59,762 nt of DNA from a virus. Its lineage: Duplodnaviria > Caudoviricetes. Below the pieces are notes generated by a model, which was given only the letters and a program-made list of their open reading frames with translations, had not been told where the DNA came from and made no database searches. The DNA is taken from positions 1 to 59,762 of IMG/VR virus record IMGVR_UViG_3300033148_002141. One strand, written 5' to 3'. Position numbers and translations under genes: made by a program. Shown here piece after piece: positions 57,481 to 59,762 of the stretch; position 1 is the first letter of the stretch; each line of letters begins with the position of its first letter.

Positions 57481-58323
57481 TCAGGACGCCAATTTGTTCC
57501 TCATCGTATGATCCACCGGCTTGGATCGACTTGTATCCCACGGGTCTATTCCAGCCTCTACGTGTTCCCCGTACCACGCGAGAACGTCGCCCAACCACAT
57601 CAAGCCCCAGTCCTCGCCTTCCGCAGTCTTTATTCCCCGCCGTTTCAAGTCCCGGTGGATCGACGCGATGCTTTCGCCGTCCTTCTTCCGCCGGTACATC
57701 TCATCCACCAATGCACGCTCGGCAAAATCAGGTTCGTATCGCTCTACTCGCCGCTCCCCGCCCCGATTAGACTCCTGCGTCCAAGTTCGCTTGTAACCAA
57801 GGCGACGTGTGCCCTGATAGGGGAGCCCCTTGCTCTTGAAGTATCGCGCCCTCGCCTTCATTTGCTGCGCTTTCGACCCGATTTCCATCGCCAGAAAAGC
57901 CTTGTGCATGTGAAGGACGAACCGGCCAAGCTCACTTGCCATGTCCAACGGCTCGCCACCGACCATCGGAAGGCCCGTGATGTAGACGGCGACCCCACGA
58001 CGGAAGAATTCCTCCAGCGTATTCAGCGCATCCCGTATGCTCCAACTGATCCGATCCAACTTCACCGCAACCACTTTGTCACCCCAGCGGCACTCGCGCA
58101 GAAGTTTCGATGCTTCCGGACGATTCTGGAACTTCGGTGCCCAGACCACACTGTCATCGTCCACCCGACAATGGACGAATTCCCCGTCGAGTCGCTTCGC
58201 AAATTCGCGTATCTCTGACTCCTGCGAAGCCGCAGAATCCTCCTCTTTGTCACTGAATAGCCGCACAAGCCCGAAAATGCGCGGGGTGGTTTTCGCCCTG
58301 CCGTTTCCTGTAGAATGTGCCAT
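57481..58323 (-). CDS. serine recombinase (resolvase-like catalytic domain + recombinase domain), atypical active-site motifs
   Basis: VRLFS...SAASQ, RPE...LL, GD.VVAVKLDRISWS, S..GRF, LGYKR. Confidence 0.82.
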   Translation of the reverse strand: MAHSTGNGRAKTTPRIFGLVRLFSDKEEDSAASQESEIREFAKRLDGEFVHCRVDDDSVVWAPKFQNRPEASKLLRECRWGDKVVAVKLDRISWSIRDALNTLEEFFRRGVAVYITGLPMVGGEPLDMASELGRFVLHMHKAFLAMEIGSKAQQMKARARYFKSKGLPYQGTRRLGYKRTWTQESNRGGERRVERYEPDFAERALVDEMYRRKKDGESIASIHRDLKRRGIKTAEGEDWGLMWLGDVLAWYGEHVEAGIDPWDTSRSKPVDHTMRNKLAS

Positions 58324-58360
58324 CAGCCGTCACACACCCTTTATCCTACTGGAGAATGCC

Positions 58361-59161
58361 ATGCAGTTCCCGCACGTCGTGGCCGTGGTGGTCACCGGAA
58401 AATCAAAAGAGCACGTCGAACGATTCCTGCCCGTCTGCCTCACTTCATTGCAGGAACAGAGCTACCCCCCCGAATTGCTGACCATCCTGCTGGTCAGCGA
58501 ACAGCAAAACAGTGAGTTCCTCAAACAATTCACCCGAAGCCGCGGATTCCGCGTATCCGCCGTATTCCCTCAAATGGAGGCGCCCACGCTCGGGGATCTG
58601 CGTAATACCGCGTTGGAATGGTGCAAGGCAACACACCCGGATGCCTACGTGATTCAGTGCGATGATGATGACTATCATGGCGTGGATCGAATCCGATTAC
58701 AGATCGAAGCCGCACTGACCAAGCCGGGCAGCCCGTCACTGCTCAAACGCCAACTCTGCTACTCCTGGGATACCGATGTGGCCTTCATCCGGGAATTGAA
58801 ACTCTACAAAGGACCTGAAGACGACGGCCGACCTACCCCGCTTCACGGAACGATCTGCCATCCACCCACCAACTTGCGGTACCCATCCCTGCCGAAAGGT
58901 GAGGACACGCCATTCTTCCTCGGCTGGAAGCATTTCGTCGAAATCGACAACCCGCCCGAACTCTACGTCCGATTTGCCCATGACGCCTCCACGTCGCCGC
59001 ACGATCATGTCATGCAGGATGCCGCCCAATGGCGACCAGGAACATGGGCTATCCCCACCAGGCTGATTCCCTTCCTGAAAGACGTGCTCGCCAAGTACCC
59101 GGTCTACTGCCCTGACGAGCCGGCCGCCGAGACTCCGGAAAAGGGATTCGATGCGTGGTAA
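58361..59161 (+). CDS. glycosyltransferase family 2-like protein
   Basis: GGAG SD; EQSYP, TLGDLRN, IQCDDDDY, RIRLQI, GEDT.F. Confidence 0.82.
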   Translation: MQFPHVVAVVVTGKSKEHVERFLPVCLTSLQEQSYPPELLTILLVSEQQNSEFLKQFTRSRGFRVSAVFPQMEAPTLGDLRNTALEWCKATHPDAYVIQCDDDDYHGVDRIRLQIEAALTKPGSPSLLKRQLCYSWDTDVAFIRELKLYKGPEDDGRPTPLHGTICHPPTNLRYPSLPKGEDTPFFLGWKHFVEIDNPPELYVRFAHDASTSPHDHVMQDAAQWRPGTWAIPTRLIPFLKDVLAKYPVYCPDEPAAETPEKGFDAW

Positions 59162-59169
59162 AACAACCC

Positions 59170-59373
59170 TCATCGCTGCTCTACCAGGTCCCAGATGCTG
59201 ACCTCGAATAGCTTCGCTATCTTCACCAGCGACCGCAAACGTGGATAACTTTCGCCACGCTCCCACCTGCTGACCGTATTCAGCGAAACCCCCAATTGCC
59301 GGGCAGTCTTCTTCAATGACCAACCAGAACCTCTTCGCAGTAACCTGAACGTTGACGCAAAGGACCTATCCAT
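59170..59373 (-). CDS. XRE-family HTH regulator
   Basis: LLR...GWS....ARQLGVSLNTVSRWERGESYP...L.KIAKLFEVS. Confidence 0.9.
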   Translation of the reverse strand: MDRSFASTFRLLRRGSGWSLKKTARQLGVSLNTVSRWERGESYPRLRSLVKIAKLFEVSIWDLVEQR

Positions 59374-59673
59374 GCCCTCCTTATACGGCAAATCTCGAAA
59401 TGCGTCAAGCGGCAAACCACCGCCCCGACGCAATTAGATCGGCCGACAAACCGATTCGTCCACACCAGACTCATTCCAACAGCCCATCACCATAAACAAC
59501 CACGTCCGACCAAGCACAACACCACTCCTGCGTAGCACAACGCTGAGTTTTGATGAACTCGGAGGGTAGCTACCTACAGGGCGGCGGGCGGCCATTGGGG
59601 GCCCTCCCGGGGCCCCTCGACCCCGCCACCCGGGGTACGCGACTTCACTGCCGGACCCCGCTACCCCGCACCT

Positions 59674-59724
59674 AAAATGGCACCGCGTTGCCATTTTGAA
59701 AGCCCTTCCGACCGCACTTAAGTC
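59674..59724. repeat. 51-bp site, inverted copy of 5240-5290
   Basis: AAAATGGCACCGCGTTGCCATTTTGAAA-N12-GCACTTAAGTC. Confidence 0.9.
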
Positions 59725-59762
59725 CTGCCACCCCACTGACTTGCGGCAATCACGCTTCTGCC

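Noticed and set aside
59434-59762. Terminal redundancy or circular closure with base 1
   Set aside because: The window end does not supply the missing 5' codons of the gene truncated at base 1, so completeness cannot be claimed
1-59762. tRNA genes, DNA polymerase, primase, tyrosine integrase
   Set aside because: No convincing cloverleaf or catalytic motifs seen by eye; absence not verified computationally

Overview
The window looks like most of a GC-rich, podovirus-like tailed phage or prophage. A Planctomycetota host is inferred from a PGSPEK...LFHPDD-type motif protein plus CsrA; this is not proven. All product calls come from motif recognition and gene order, with no database searches. 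The left part (1-23.4 kb, + strand) is an early/accessory region. It holds a Rad52/Sak annealase, a 5'-3' exonuclease, CsrA, an HNH/NinG-like nuclease, an SF2 helicase and a Dam-like MTase. It also has many small paralogous and repeat-solenoid genes that share shuffled halves. A TnpB-only IS200/IS605-family element can be delimited to the base (3050-4286), and it sits between the RBS and the ATG of an XRE-HTH gene. At ~23.48-23.91 kb a sigma70-like promoter precedes a ~430-nt non-coding, highly structured, GGA-rich segment, a candidate new ncRNA. The right part carries a papain-like peptidase cassette and a + strand tail-fibre module with a partially deleted tandem duplication. A long - strand virion operon follows (GTs/radical SAM, scaffold, major capsid, decoration, TerS/TerL, portal, adaptor, nozzle, fibre, ejection proteins). 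The major capsid leader can fold into mutually exclusive SD-sequestering structures. A 51-bp palindrome-containing site occurs in inverted orientation at 5240-5290 and 59674-59724. The best candidates for an undescribed system are a phage-encoded CsrA / structured RNA / capsid-leader switch circuit and a gene-end-homology cassette-shuffling array.
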